Source: the human T2T-CHM13v2.0 reference genome, Homo sapiens. From it: a stretch of DNA of 64,000 nucleotides. Below the pieces are notes generated by a model that saw only the letters and a program-made list of their open reading frames with translations, ran no database searches and was not told the origin of the DNA. Below, piece after piece: positions 41,780 to 55,718 of this stretch. How positions within the stretch are numbered: the stretch's first letter is position 1; the number at the start of each line of letters is the position of its first letter. The DNA lies in NCBI RefSeq assembly GCF_009914755.1, contig NC_060925.1. One strand, 5' to 3'. The position numbers and the translations under genes are program-made.

Positions 41780-42353
41780 TGTTACTGGTGAAGGGTCTTG
41801 ACTACGAGTCATACAGGTTCTTGGCGTTTTGAACAAAGAATTGGACAAAATGCACAAAGCAACAAAAGCACAGATTTATTGAAACAAAAGTACACTCCAC
41901 AGTGTGGGATCAGCCTTGAGCAAGCACAAGTGGTCAAGAGTGCTAATTATAGAATTTTCGTGGTTTAAATACCCTTTAGAGATTTCCCATTGCTTAATTG
42001 GTTACACCCTATGTAAATGAAGCACTGTCCCAGGACCAGTCTGAATGGTCATGGGAGGTGATCAATCAGAGGCTGAAGTGAAGTTATAAAGTTACACCCT
42101 ATGCATACAAAGACTTGGCCCGTTACCAATCTGATTGGTTGTGGGAGGTGGCCAATCAGAGGTACTTTCCAGTTTTCTTCTGCAACGCAATGGAAAGGGT
42201 AGGGGGTTTTGCAAAGGGAGAAGCCTCTGATCCTTTTGTTACTTGGGCATGGAGAGATAGGATTTTCTTTTTGATTCTGTTCTAGGAAGTCAGTGCAAAT
42301 CAGTTTGCACTGTTCTCCTGTTCTCCTGCCTCATTACCTGTTCTCCTGCCTCA
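41780..42353 (-). mobile_element. MER51-family (ERV1) solo LTR
   Basis: tgttactgg...caggttcttggcgttttgaacaaagaattggacaaaa...ttctcctgcctca; several CCAAT boxes (42125-42160). Confidence 0.88.
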
Positions 42354-42668
42354 TTACCTCCTCAGCTTAGTATTAATTGAATCCCATAAATTTACATATG
42401 TTGTGATTTAATTGTCATTTAGGTTGAAGTATTTTCAGTTTTTCTTATAATTTTTTCTTTGACTCTGGATTATTCAGAAGCCCATAATTTAATTTCCAAA
42501 TGTTTGTCATGAGTGTTCTTAGCTATCTTATTGTTTTAGAGTGCTAATTTAATATCAATGTGACCAGAGAACATACTTTATCATTTCAATTTTTATAAAT
42601 GAATTGCAACTAGTTTTATGGGCCAGAATACAGTCTCTCTTGGTAAGTGTGCCATGTATTCTTTTAAA

Positions 42669-42830
42669 TTTTATCTGTTTATTATCTAATTTTTTAATTT
42701 TAATTTTTATTTGTGAGACAGGGTTTCACTATGTTGCTCAGGCTGGTTTTGAACTCCTGAGCTCAAGGGATCTACCTGCATAGGCTTCTCAAAGTGCTGG
42801 GATTACAGGCATGAGCCACCATGGCCAGCC
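42669..42830 (-). mobile_element. FLAM_C / Alu monomer
   Basis: TSD tgtattcttt(t)aaa (42655-42668/42831-42843). Confidence 0.9.
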
Positions 42831-44099
42831 TGTATTCTTTAAAAGAATATGCATTCTTCATTTTGGGGTATTGTATTTTCTATGAATGTAAATTAGGTCA
42901 TGTTAGCTGATGATGGTGGTCTAAATCTTTTATACTCTTAACTGATTTTTTGGTTTACTTTTTCTGCCAATTAGTGAGGAAGAAATATTAACTTCTCCAG
43001 CTGTGATTATAGATATTTCAATTTCTTCTCTGATTTCTGAGTTTTTGCTGCATAATTAGGTGCATACTTATTTATGAGTGATTTGAATTCTTGATAAATT
43101 GACCATATTATCATTATCAAATGTCTGCCTTTAGTTCAGATTATACTGTTTATCTTAGAGGAATTTGTTTTATACTAGTACACTAATACTAGCTTTCTAT
43201 CCTTTAGTACTTGCATGGTATATGTTTTCTCACCCTTCTCCTTTCAATCAGTCTATGTATTTCTATTTTGAGTGTATTTCTTGTAAACAGTTAATGATTG
43301 AGGCTTTTTTTTGGTCTAGTTTAACAATCTCTGCTTTTTACATGACATGTGTAATCCATTTACATTTAATATAATTATTGATACTTGGGTTTAAGTATAA
43401 CATCTTGGTATTGATTTTCTATTTGCCTCATCTCTCTTTCCTTTATTTCTTTGTTTCTGCCTTCTTTTGGCTGAATAAAAAATTTTGTAATATTCCACCT
43501 TGTTTCTTCTATTAACTTTTAAAGTATTTTAGTAATTGCTGTAGAGATTGCTACATGAGCTTTGAACTTCAGTTCTACGCTGAAGTAATACTGAATCTTA
43601 CAACAAGGATCTTACGACACTTGAATGGAATCTTACAACCCTTTGTCTTCAGTGGGGTTTGGGATCTGTGTATTCATGAACCTCCTTGTATGCTTTATAG
43701 CTTTGCTACCAGATTTTTGGGTTTGTAGATGAGTGGGGGAGGAATTCTCTTTTCTCTACAAGTTACTTTCAGGTTTCTGTGCTCATGATACCTCCCTCTG
43801 CTCTGCTGATGTCCCTAGGCTTTGGAGAGTGTGTTGTAGTATACTTAGTAAAAGCCTGGTGAGCCTTGGAAAGATTTTTCTCAACTCTTGCTCTGTCCCT
43901 GCCTTTGGTGGCTTCTGCGTTGCACATGGGGAAAAATTTGTGTGTTTACCCAGCCCGTTCAACCTCTTAGATGGGAGAGACATTCTCTTCTCACTTTCTA
44001 CATTCTGACAAGAAGAGGAAGTCCCTTTATATGTCAACTTTTACCATCTAAGATCTAAAACAACTTAATCAAAGATGGCAAAATTTCACATAAACTCCA

Positions 44100-44314
44100 T
44101 ATTACCAGTTTTCCCTGAAAATCCAGATAAATTTTACAATAATGGGTCTGTATTTCTTTTAAATAAAAATGGGCTGAAGCTGGGTAGTGATTCTCTTATA
44201 TGATAAATTATGTACTCTTAACTTGCACAATCCCCTTCACTTCCTATTTATTCACTACCTGAGTCAAACATCTATCTGCCTGGACTCTGCAGGCAATGTA
44301 AATTGGAATCCCTG
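44100..44314. mobile_element. MER102-like hAT relic
   Basis: gggctgaagctgggtagtg...ctgcaggcaatgtaaattggaatccctg. Confidence 0.55.
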
Positions 44315-44726
44315 CTTAAGTCTTATGATTATCTCTTTAATCAATATTATAAAATAGCAACACTCTAGGCATGATAAATTGCCTTTCTAACCTTTTATTT
44401 TTGAAATATCTGCTGCTTTAAAGGGAATGTGTAAAATATATATTAATTATTAATTCCTTTACATTTCCTAAGTCCTTTCCATTTTTAAGTTATATAATCA
44501 GAACTCAGTTTTTGTGAACTCTAATTCTTTGAAGATATCTTTTGATTTCTATGCAGTGCTGCGTATTTTGTGTAAGGATAATACTAGAGTGATCATTTGC
44601 AGTGTGTATCATTTGTAAAAGCACAATACTAAGCATTTTTCTATTATCATCCAATGTCCCTGGAATTTGAAATACACTTAATAAATATTTTCTAGATTTA
44701 CACTAGAAAAAATATGCTTTTCCATG

Positions 44727-45113
44727 TGTCTTAGTTTGTTTGGGCTGCTATAACAAAACATCATAAACTAGGTAGCCTAAACCACAAACATTTATTTCTC
44801 ACAGTTCTAGAGGCTGGGAAATTCCAGATCAAGGAATCTGCAGATTTGGTGTCTGCTGAGGGCCTGTCTCCTGGTTCATAGATGGCTGTCTTTTTGTTGT
44901 AAGCTCACACTGGGGAAGGGTTGAGGGAGCCCTCCTCAATCTCTTTTATAAGGGCACTAATCCCATTTGTAAGGGATGATGCTCATGACCTAATCACCTC
45001 CCAAAGGCTTCACCTCCCAAAGGCTACACCTCCTAGTAGCATCACCTTGGAGGTTAGGATTTCAACATATAAATTCTGGGGTTGGAGGGGACACAATTTT
45101 TCAGTCAATAGCA
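44727..45113 (-). mobile_element. MLT1A solo LTR
   Basis: tgtcttagtttgtttgggctgctataacaaaa...cagtcaatagca; TSD ccatg (44722-44726/45114-45118). Confidence 0.92.
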
Positions 45114-46503
45114 CCATGCTAATATATGGGTCTTTAAAAAGCCAGTTTTTTTGGGAGCATCAACCAATGATTGTTTTTAACTTAGTTACCATGAAGCTCA
45201 AAGTTAAATTTAGCATTTAGTTATAATATCTCACTCCTACTATTTGTTCTAGGTAATTTCTTTGAATTGGTTAGAATAATTAGGAGGAAAAGAACTAATC
45301 AGAACATTTTCACTGATGCCCATATGAGGCCCAATTTAACTGAACAAACAACACTAAATTCTTAAATTAGAAGGGAGTGATATAATTTACCTACTCCACG
45401 CCCTTGGATCCAAAGTAGAATATTCTGAGCTCAGGATTCTTGTTTGGGTTTAGTAGCAGATGGGCAGGAAGGAACCCCTCCAGGATCATGTCTTGACTCA
45501 GTTTCTTGTTAAAGCAGAAACTATAGATGACATGACAGACCTCAAAGCATCATCATTTGAATACGAATAAGAAAGTCATAGTAGTCTCAGTTCCCTGGAG
45601 GGTTCAGTACTCATTGAATTCACGCTCTGCACTGAAACTCTTTCCTGTTCCCACCTGAGTTCTGGTCATCATCACAGATCCATCTGTGTTTATCATTCAT
45701 CCACCTGCCTCTGTGTTCTTAAATCAGAAAAGGGGCTTTCTTCTTATTGATATATTTACTTTAGTGTTATTGATCAAGGATCTCTGCAAAGGAGTCATGG
45801 CTTAGTTATTAAATCTTCTTAGGGTACAATATTTAATTAATACCAGGAATCAAAAACAATTGTGTGGTTAGATCTCATGATCAGTACAAACCTTTCATTC
45901 ATTGATTCAAAATAATGCATTCAACATTTTTCCAAAAGTTAGATAATAATGAAAATATTATTTAGAAATTTCCCGTGGAGGCTGATACCTGCTTCTTTTC
46001 TTGCTTTTGCTAAAGGTGATCATCATAAACAGAACTTAAAAAAAAAAATGTCCACTCACAGAGGCTTGGCTTACTTATTTAACTTCTCTTTCTAATTGCT
46101 AATTTTACTTTTTAAATTATGGTTTTTTTATTATGTGTTGAACATTGTAAATTGCCGAACACATTTTTCTTTAAAATGGGAAGGCTATAAAAAATAGATA
46201 TATATAACAATCTGAAACATTGAACAGATTGTGGTAAGCCATTTTTATAATTCTTTCCATAAGAAGGGTGTGGAACTGTCACGAGTCAGAAGCAAGGTCA
46301 TTCTCCCTACATTGCCAAATTATACAGTCTTTCTACAGAGGAATAAGAAGCATTGTGGAGAGGCATAATAAATACACAGACATGTGATACTATCTCTAGT
46401 CCAACAACTTCTAAATTAGAATCTCCTGCCAAGACTTCTCCCTAACTCCATCTTGTACACTCAACTGCTTACACAGTGTTCTCACTTACATATCTAATTG
46501 TCA

Positions 46504-46806
<303 letters not shown>

Positions 46807-47642
46807 GGCATCTGAAAGTTAACATGCCCCGAGATGATTCCTGAACTCCCTCACCATACCTAATCTTCTCATGTTTTTCTCTCAGTAAATAGCCAGTTCA
46901 TTATTCGAATTCCTCTGACAAACCGTCTTGAAACTATATTTAATTCTTCTCTTTTACTCGTATTCCACATCTGATCCATAATAAGTCTTATTGGCTATGT
47001 CTACAAAAAGAAAATCCTGAATCTGACCCCGTATAAGCAGCTTTACCACTACCACCCTGGTCCAAGTCACTGTCATTTCCCGCCTGGATTATTGCAGTTT
47101 TCTAATTGTTCTACCTGCTCCAGTCCTGGTCCATTCAGTGTATTCCTAACAAGTTGAAGATATTATTAAGATATAGGTCAGATCTTGTCAGTCCTCTGCT
47201 CCATTTCTGTGCTCCAAACTCTTCAAGAGTTGAGTCTTCCTTTCTGTCTGACTCAAAGTAACAGCAAGAGACGTTAAAACAGCCCATGGCATTTCTGTGA
47301 TCTGGCTGTCCATGGCCTCCCTGACCTTCTCCTACCCTCCCCGTGTGTCACTCCACTCCAGCCATGCTGGCCTCCTGGCCATTCCCTGACAGTTCAGGCA
47401 TGCTCACACCTCAGGGCCTTTGCACAAGCTCTTCTTTCCTTCCATCTGGAACACTTACTTTCTCTGGGTGTCGTCATGTGTCACTCCCTGACCTTCTTCA
47501 GTCTCTTGTCCATATCATCTTCTCACGGAAAATTTTTCTGGCCAGTCTAACACTGCAACCCTCCCCAAATCTCTCTATCCCACTTCACTATTTTTTTCTT
47601 GCTTTATTTTTTTCTCTTTAGCACATACCAGCACTCACAAAT

Positions 47643-48100
47643 TGTGTTAGTTCCTCAGGCTGCCATAAAAAATGTACCTTAAACCAGGTGGTTTAAAACA
47701 ACAGAAATTTATTCTTTTGTAGTTCAGGAGGCCAGAAGTCTGAAATCAAGATGATGATAGGATTGGGTCCTTCTGGAGGGTCTCAGGCAGAACCCATTCC
47801 ATGCTTCTCCCCTGGCTTCCGGTGGCAGCAGCAATCCTTGGTGTTCCTTGATTTGGAGCTGCACACTCCAATTTCTGCCCCCATCATCATGTGGTCTTCT
47901 TCCTGTTTTTCTGTATCTTTAGGTCCAATTTTTTTTCTTCTTTAATGAACACTACTCATATTGGATTGAGGGCCCACCATCATCCAGCATGACCTCATCT
48001 TCATTTGATGACACCTGCAAAGATAATATTTCCAAATAATGTCACATTCATTGGTTCCAGGTAGATGTGAAATTTTGGGGGGACTATCCAACTTAAGACA
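47643..48100 (-). mobile_element. MLT1C solo LTR
   Basis: tgtgttagttcctcaggctgccata...ggaggccagaagtctgaaatcaag...tttccaaataatgtcacattc. Confidence 0.88.
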
Positions 48101-49130
48101 CTAACTTATTAATTTAACTTATTGTCTATCTCTGTCTCCAAAGTATAAATTCATGAGAACTTTGCTCATTGCTGCATCCCTTGTGTAGGATTAGTCTGCA
48201 ACACTTAGTAGGATTTAATAATGTTTAAGTAAATAATCCCTTTGGTTGATCAGGCTATATTTTATTTAGATGGCAGATGCCCAGATAATATTTCAGGTGG
48301 TGATTACCATGTTATAAAGGGAGACCATTTTTCTAAGAAGTATAGGCTAAGGGCTAAAAATCCAACCATAATATTTTATTCTTTGACCTTTCCCCTAGAT
48401 CTACTCACAGGCTTTGGACTAACTCTAAGTACCTTTGAAGCTCTATAAAAGTAAGTAATATCTGCTGTAAAAGACTCTGAGCTCCTTGGATAAAAGCATT
48501 ATATCCATAAAGGGACTGTTCTTTTAAGCCCTCTCCAATGTCATTTGATAATAGAGGGCACTGAAAAACTTTTGATGTGTTTCTGGCTTCTCTAAATTCC
48601 CTGGATACTAGAAAATCAAATAAGACAGTCCAAGAAAAATATTTCCAAACAAAGCAAAAGCAAATAAAAGCCCCCAACATACTTTTGATGTCAAAGCAAA
48701 GCTCTGCTCACATTTAATACCCGTGTGTACACTCTTGGGTGCAGATGAGTCAACAGCAGCTAAGTTAACAGATGAAATATGCAGCCTCCTATCTCAATAT
48801 GAATCTTCACATCCCATTCAAAGAATGTAACTCCAAAACATGTGTTTTTCTCTCAACGAATGGAAACCACATTATTTGATTAGCAAAGGTTGATGTGAAT
48901 ATTAAATGGTGCTTTTCACTTTTTAAAATAAGCTCTTAATTTTACCATTTAGTATTATTATTAGATCCTCATTTGACTGGGGTAAGAGGAGCGTCTTGTT
49001 ACTGATGTTCAATCTTATTCTATGTGAGTTGATTATTTAGTTGCCAAAGTTGTGAATTATTGGCCTGAATGAAGCCTCCTGCCAGGTTTTCACATATTCT
49101 TTCATTATAGCCATGGTTAGTGTGGGATGC

Positions 49131-50585
49131 TGTATTAGTCAGGGTTCTCTAGAGGGGCAGAACTAACAGGATATATATATAAAATAAATAATTATATATA
49201 TGGTATATTATATATTATATAATTATATATACTATATAATTATATAATATATAGTTATATAGTATATATAATATATATAATATATACTATAGTATATATA
49301 ATATATATAATATATACTATAGTATATATAATATATAATTATATATAATATATATAATATAGTATATATTATATATATATTATATATATAATATATATAT
49401 AATATATATAATATAGTATATATAATATATAATTATATATAATATATAATATAGTATATATAATATATAATATATATATAATTATATACTATAATATATA
49501 TAATATATAATTATATATTATATACTATAGTATATATTATTATATATAATAGATATAATATATATAATTATTATATAATATAGTATATATAATATATAAT
49601 TATATATAATAGATATAATATAATATAATTATATATAATATAGTATATATAATATATAATTATATTATATTATATATAATATATAATTATATTATATTAT
49701 ATATAATATATAATTATATTATATAATATATATAATATATAATTATAATATATAATTATATTATATAATATATATAATATATAATTATAATATATAATTA
49801 TATTATATAATATATATAATATATAATTATATTATATAATTATATTATATAATATATATAATATATAATTATATTATATAATATATATAATATATAATTA
49901 TATTATATAATATATATAATATATAATTATATTATATAATATATATAATATATAATTATATTATATAATATATATAATATATAATTATATTATATAATAT
50001 ATATAATATATAATTATATATTATATATAATATAGTATATATAATATGTAATTATATATCATATAATATATAACATTGTATATAATATATAATTACATAT
50101 TATATAATGTATATAATATATAATTATATACATTATATAATATAGTATATAATTATATATTATGTAATATAGTATATATAATATATATATTATATGTATA
50201 TAAGGGGATTTATTAAGTAGTATTAACTCACATGATCACAAGGTCCTGCAATAGGCTGTCTGCAAGCTGAGGAGCAAGGAAGCCAGTCCAAGTCCCAAAG
50301 CTGAAGAACTTGGAGTCCAAAGTTTGAGGGCAGGAAGCGTCCAGCACGGGAGAAAGAGGTAGGCTGGGAGGCTAGACAAGTCTAGCCTTTTCACGTTTTT
50401 CTGCCTGCTTTATATTCGCTGGCAGCGGATTAGATGGTGCCCACCAGATTAAGGGTGTGTCTGCCTTCCCCAGCCTGCTGACTTAAATGTCAGCCTCCTT
50501 TGACAACACACTCACAGACATACCCAGGATCAATACTTTGCATTCTTTAATCCTATCAAGTTGGCACTCAGTATTAATCATCACA
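49131..50585 (-). mobile_element. MLT2A (HERVL) solo LTR with a massively expanded internal TA tract
   Basis: tgtattagtcagggttctctagagg...cagtattaatcatcaca; TSD gatgc/gattc. Confidence 0.93.
49172..50202. repeat. ~1 kb AT-rich micro/minisatellite with 29-bp units
   Basis: Almost pure A/T; atatataattatattatataatatatata repeats in tandem ~49830-50010. Confidence 0.98.
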
Positions 50586-50643
50586 GATTCCCTGCCAGTG
50601 GGGTGCTCTCCTGGAGAGTGAATGTTTTTCCTCAGTGAGAGAC

Positions 50644-51092
50644 TGTAATGGGTTGAATCTTGTGTCCCCTTCTCACTACCCCGAAATTCATAAGTTGAAG
50701 TTCAAACCCCCATACCTCAGAATGCAACTTTATTTGAAAGTAGTGTCTTGGCGGATGCAGTTATTTAAGTTAAGATGTCATTAGGGTGGGCCCTAATGCC
50801 AATATGACTTGTGTCCTTATAAAGAAAGGAGTTTTGGACACAGAGATGTGCAAACAGGGAAACACCATGTGAAAATGAAGACAGAGGTCAGGGCAATGCT
50901 TCTATAAGCCAAGGAGCACCAGACCTTGCCAGCAAACCAGCAGAAACCAGAGGAACAGATTCTCACAGCCCTCAGAGGGAACCAATACTGCTGACACCTT
51001 CCAGCCTCCAGAACTGTGAGACAATAAATTTCAGGTGTTTAATTGACTCCATTTGTGGTACTTTTTTATGGCAGCCTTAGCAAACTGATACA
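50644..51092 (+). mobile_element. MLT1B/C solo LTR
   Basis: tgtaatgggttgaat...ttagcaaactgataca; TSD gagac (50639-50643/51093-51097). Confidence 0.92.
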
Positions 51093-52043
51093 GAGACCTT
51101 GCCAGCTACATCGGAACTAGATAGAGACAGAGTATCACCTTGAAATTGCTGAACACGGTCTCCTATTATAGGGTGCTTATAGGATAAGTAAACCTGATTG
51201 ATGGGGTAAAGGGTGAGCAAGTTTTTGTGATAAAGTTGGTGGCTGGAACATCTTGCATACAATATGATATGCCTTGGGGCTGGTATGTCCATGGGAATTA
51301 ATTGTGTGGAGTTACAGAATGAATTGCAGAGAATGAGAAGACCAGGGAACAAAGGCCTTGTGGGTGTGCATTATGGGAAATGAACTTTTCTGGAAGAGTC
51401 ACTGTGAAAGGATTGGGGAGTGAAGGGCTATGAGCCTAATTTTTGAGAGCAGTTTTGATGGTGCAGGCAATGCTCCCTCTCCCAGAAAGCCATGGTTCTT
51501 CTGAGGAGTCTGGCCTGACACAGCTTCCCAGCAGTCTTGTGCCACCCTCTGGTGACACCCCATGACCTGTGCGTTTCTGACCTGCTTTGCTTCCTAGCAG
51601 CCCCGTTCACAGCAGGCCAAATCCAGAAATCAAACTTTGATCTCTCATGTAATTCAATCTTTTCTCCTTTCCCTGGGCTCTGCGAGCAGCAGTGGGAAAG
51701 GATCCAGTGGTTTGTTCTTTTACTCTCCTTCCTACACCTTCCTCCCGCTCTCTAAGGTTAGTGGTTCAAACATGCAGAAGAAGGAATAGAGAAGAGGAGG
51801 AAGATATTTTTCTTTAGCTACTCATGCTTATTATAGTTCTCTTGCCTTTAAATGCCAGGGGTCCAACTGCAAATTTTTGCCTCCTGAGGCTCTTCCTGTG
51901 GATTCCTCCAGACCTCCCTTTGGGACCTCGGCATTGTGCCATTCCAGGCTTGGTGATCTCTCTTGCAGGCCTCTTAATATGCCCCCAGCTCTTGTGCTCT
52001 TGTGCCCTACTCAGGTTCTTTCTACAGGGAAGTCCTAGTCTTG

Positions 52044-52440
52044 TGTTGTGGGCTTAATTGTGTCCACTCCACCCCCCACCCAAATTCATATTTTAAAGCC
52101 CTAATTTCTAGTACCTCCAAATGTGATTATGTCTGGAGATAGCATCTTTCCAAGACATGATTAAACTAAAATGAGGTCATTAGGGTAGGCCCCAATCCAA
52201 TATGACTGATGTCCTTATAAGAAGGGGAGATCAGGATGCAGACATGCACAGAGGGAAGACCGTTTGAAGACAGGGAGTTGGCTGTCAAGAAGCCAAGGAG
52301 AGCTGCCTCAGAATAAACCAACCCTGCTAACATCATGATCTTGAACATGCAGCCTCCAGGATTATGAGAAAATAAGTTTCTATTATTTAAGCCACCCAAT
52401 CTGTGGCGCTTTGTTATGGCACCCCTAGCAGACTAATACA
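52044..52440 (+). mobile_element. MLT1A solo LTR
   Basis: tgttgtgggcttaattgtgtcc...ctagcagactaataca. Confidence 0.9.
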
Positions 52441-52809
52441 CCCTGGAAAGCACTTGGGTGGGACCTTTTCAAGATGGCCCTCGCCTGGCTACCTTCATGG
52501 TGTCTACTAGGCTGACAGGAAGACGCCTGCCTCCCTTCCCCTCCATAATCCTACCCCTTTCCTCTATTTCCATGCCCTCAATTTCAGGAAACCCCACCTA
52601 AGTCTTCTTAGGATTATCTATTTCAGCAAACATGCAACCAGGGATGTGTTGTCAGACCCTCCTTTTGCAAAACCCAAAGCTCTATGATTGGTTCTCTTGG
52701 AGTCTTCCTCACCCAGCTGGGAAATGGAGAAAAAAGAACCTGCAGAAAGGGAAGAAGGAATATCGCAGCACTCTTTCTTTCTATGAGTTCTCTGTAAAGA
52801 CCCTCCTCT

Positions 52810-53463
52810 CTTCATTCATTCAGGTCGCAAATGTCTGTTGACTGTCAGGCCACGTTCTAGATACAATAGTGAACAAAACAAAGTTCCTGCTCTCTTATAT
52901 TCTAAAGGGCACAATATATTAACAAATAAAAGAATGTGATATGTTAAGTGCTAAGAATAACATAAACAGTGTATGGCAGGGGCTGGAAGTTCTATTTTAT
53001 ATAAGATACTTTTTATAGAGGAGGGAAAGTCTTTCTGATGCAGGGGCATATGTGTGCAACCTTGTGGGAATTGAAAGTAAAGCAATGAGCCTCTTTGAAA
53101 GAAGAACTATCCAGGCAAAGTGAGTAGTGAGACCCAGAAGACCCAGAAGTCAGAGTATGCTTGGTTTATTCATGGAAGAGGAAGAACAGAAGTGTGGCTG
53201 CAACTTAGTGATCAAGGGGAAGGTTGGTAGGAGGTACATTCCAAAATGTGAGTATGGGCACAGATCAAGAAAGGCCTTACTGACAATTGTAAGGACTTTG
53301 AGTTTACTGCAGGGGAGTTTGAGTTTACTGCAGGGGAGTTGGGAAGCATTGAATTATTTTGAGCACGAAAGTGACATGATGTGATGAATTTTTATAGGGA
53401 TCACTCTGGCTGCAAGTGAAGAATAAATTGTACAGAAACATGGGAGGGAAGCAGGGACACCAG
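52810..53463 (-). mobile_element. L2 fragment (contains a 21-bp tandem duplication at 53297-53338)
   Basis: ttcattcattca start, gtgaacaaaacaaagttcctgctctc, ggatcactctggctgc. Confidence 0.8.
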
Positions 53464-53770
53464 TGTGACAAGAGGGTCTGCATGATGCCAACTCCATGCC
53501 CATTCTGCTTTCTTACTTAGAGATTCCTGATTTCAATGAGGTGCTGATATACTCAGTTAAAAAATACTTTTCTCAGTCTTTCTTGCATGCAGGAAGGCCT
53601 TGTGAGTATAATAGTTCTGGCCGATGATATGCAATCAGAAGTTGTTGTGAGGGGTTTTCAGGAATGCTACTTAAAAAGAGTGCTGCCTCTGCTAGCATAT
53701 GCCATCTGCCCAATGTCTTTCCCTCTTTCCTGCCTAAAGGATAAGAATAATGGCTGGAATTGAAGGAGAC
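53464..53770 (+). mobile_element. MLT1I/J-type LTR fragment
   Basis: ctcagtctttcttgca...agttctggccgatgatatgcaatcagaagt. Confidence 0.6.
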
Positions 53771-53774
53771 ATTA

Positions 53775-54505
53775 TTAGGAAAATACAGTTTAAAAGCACA
53801 ATGATTTACCTCCTCACATCTATCAGAATGGCTAACATTTAAGAAAAATGACAGTGCTAAGTGCTGATGAGGATGGGAGGCAACAGGCACTCTCATGCAT
53901 TGCAGGTGAGAATGCAAAATATTACAACTCCCTTGAGAACTTTTAAGGTTTTTTATAAAGTTTAACCTAATCTTACTGAATGATTTAACTATACCACTTT
54001 CTATTTGCCCAAGAGAAATACAAATTTATGTTCATATAAAAATCTGTATACAAGTGTTTATAGAAGCCTTATATGTAATCTCCAAAGACTGAAAACAACC
54101 CTAATGTCCTTGGGTGAACAGATTGACAAACTGTGGTGTGTCCATGCAATACTGTTCAGCAATACAGAAGAACAAAATACTGATATGGTCAGCAACTTGC
54201 ATGAATCCCACATGCATTTTGCTAAGTGAAAAGCCGGGCCTAAAAGGCTATATACTGCATCATTTCGTTTCTATGACTTTCTAAAAAAGGCAAAGCAATA
54301 GGGACAGAACAGAGAAGCGTGGGAGTAAGGGAGAGGGAGGGGCTGACCCTAAAGGGACAGCATGAGAGCATTTTGGAGGGGCAATAAAACTTCTGTACCA
54401 TGATTGTGGTGGATGTACATCTGTGTGCATTTCTGAAAACCCACAGAACTGTACATTCACAGGAGTAAATTTTAAAGTATGTAAAAAATGTAAAATCTGA
54501 AAAAA
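53775..54505 (+). mobile_element. L1MC/MD 3' end
   Basis: ctatcagaatggctaa...aaactgtggtgtgtccatgcaat...aaaacccacagaactgtaca. Confidence 0.85.
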
Positions 54506-54658
54506 AGACTGGGAAAATAATTCATGTAAATCTGTCCCTTCTGCCAGAAAAACAACCCAAAGTGGGAAAATGAAATCATCTTGATTCCTGAAGTTTAGTG
54601 GTGTGGTTCAGGAGAAAGATAACTTAATTCCCCTTTATAAATAGCCTAGTTCCCATTT

Positions 54659-54979
54659 ATTTTTAATTTTTTAATTTTTAAAAAAATTTTTTGAGACAGG
54701 CTCTTACTCTGTCTCTCAGGCTGTGGCACAGTGGCATGATCACTGCATACTGCAGCTTCAAACTCCTGGACTCAAGTTATCTGTCCACCTCATTCCCTTG
54801 AATAGGTGGGACTACAGTTATGTGCCACCATGCCTGGCTAATTTTTTACTTTTTATCCTTTGTAGAGACAGGGCCTTGCTATGTTGCCCGGGCTGGTCTC
54901 AAAATCCCAAACTCTGGCGATCCTTCCAACTCAACCTCCCAAAATGCTGGGATTACAGATGTGAACCACTGTGCCTGGC
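54659..54979 (-). mobile_element. AluJ
   Basis: Diverged dimeric Alu (actgcagcttcaaactcctgg); TSD cccattt. Confidence 0.92.
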
Positions 54980-55718
54980 CCCATTTTTAAAGGAAGTGCT
55001 TGTGTTAGGAAGGCAACGTAGGGAGCAGGATAGTCTGAGAAATTGGATTTTGGTGTATTTTTTTTCCATCTTAATATCTCCTACTGAAAACATTTGAAGA
55101 GGGTCAGAACTGACAGAGAGATAAGCCATATGTTAAGCTTCTTTTCTTCCTGGTATATAAATGTTAATATGCCAGATGAATTTCACCAGAGCAGTTGTTA
55201 TGGGGATAACATAGGGATGAAATATCAGGAAGTTCCCCTCCCCGCCCCCGAAATCTCTTTAAACCGAGAAACATGATTTTAAAGTTTTAATATAAAAATA
55301 GTTTTGAAATCCTAGATGAGTTTTATTATTAGAAATGAAAATGATTTGGAAGGAATATTTAGTGGCGAGGAGCAATCTAATGAGACAGCTGAAATCCTAC
55401 AAAAGGAGGAAGAGCAGTGGCATCTGAATGGAATAAAGCTGCAGCCGGCTCAGGTCACCAGATGGCCAGCCCTGCGGAGTCTCTTTCCCTGTCACCAATT
55501 ACTGCCCATGAATTTTCTTTTTAGGGACATGCTAAGAAAGTCCTACTCTTGAATTCACACACAGAATAATCATCCACCAAGTAAGTCCCTTCTTTGCCCT
55601 AAGCTGCTCTGGATCTCTCTGCAGGACAGAGGTGAGAGCTGTGGTTTAATGGAAGGCAACACCAAAAGTGTGAACCACATGCAGCCGACTTTGTGCCCTC
55701 ATGGGGTGGAAACTTTTT

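Larger units (their letters stand above)
39910..43620 (-). mobile_element. Old L1M (MC/ME-type) fragments interrupted by (TG)n, two FLAMs and MER51
   Basis: gatggacatttgg, aagaaactgccaaac, tatagaaatacaattgatttctgtatattg and ORF2 5' region motifs. Confidence 0.8.

Noticed and set aside
44995-45033. 16-bp tandem repeat in MLT1A
   Set aside because: Ordinary slippage duplication with no functional indication
49830-50010. Regular 29-bp repeats resembling a CRISPR array
   Set aside because: No unique spacers or cas genes; primate AT minisatellite
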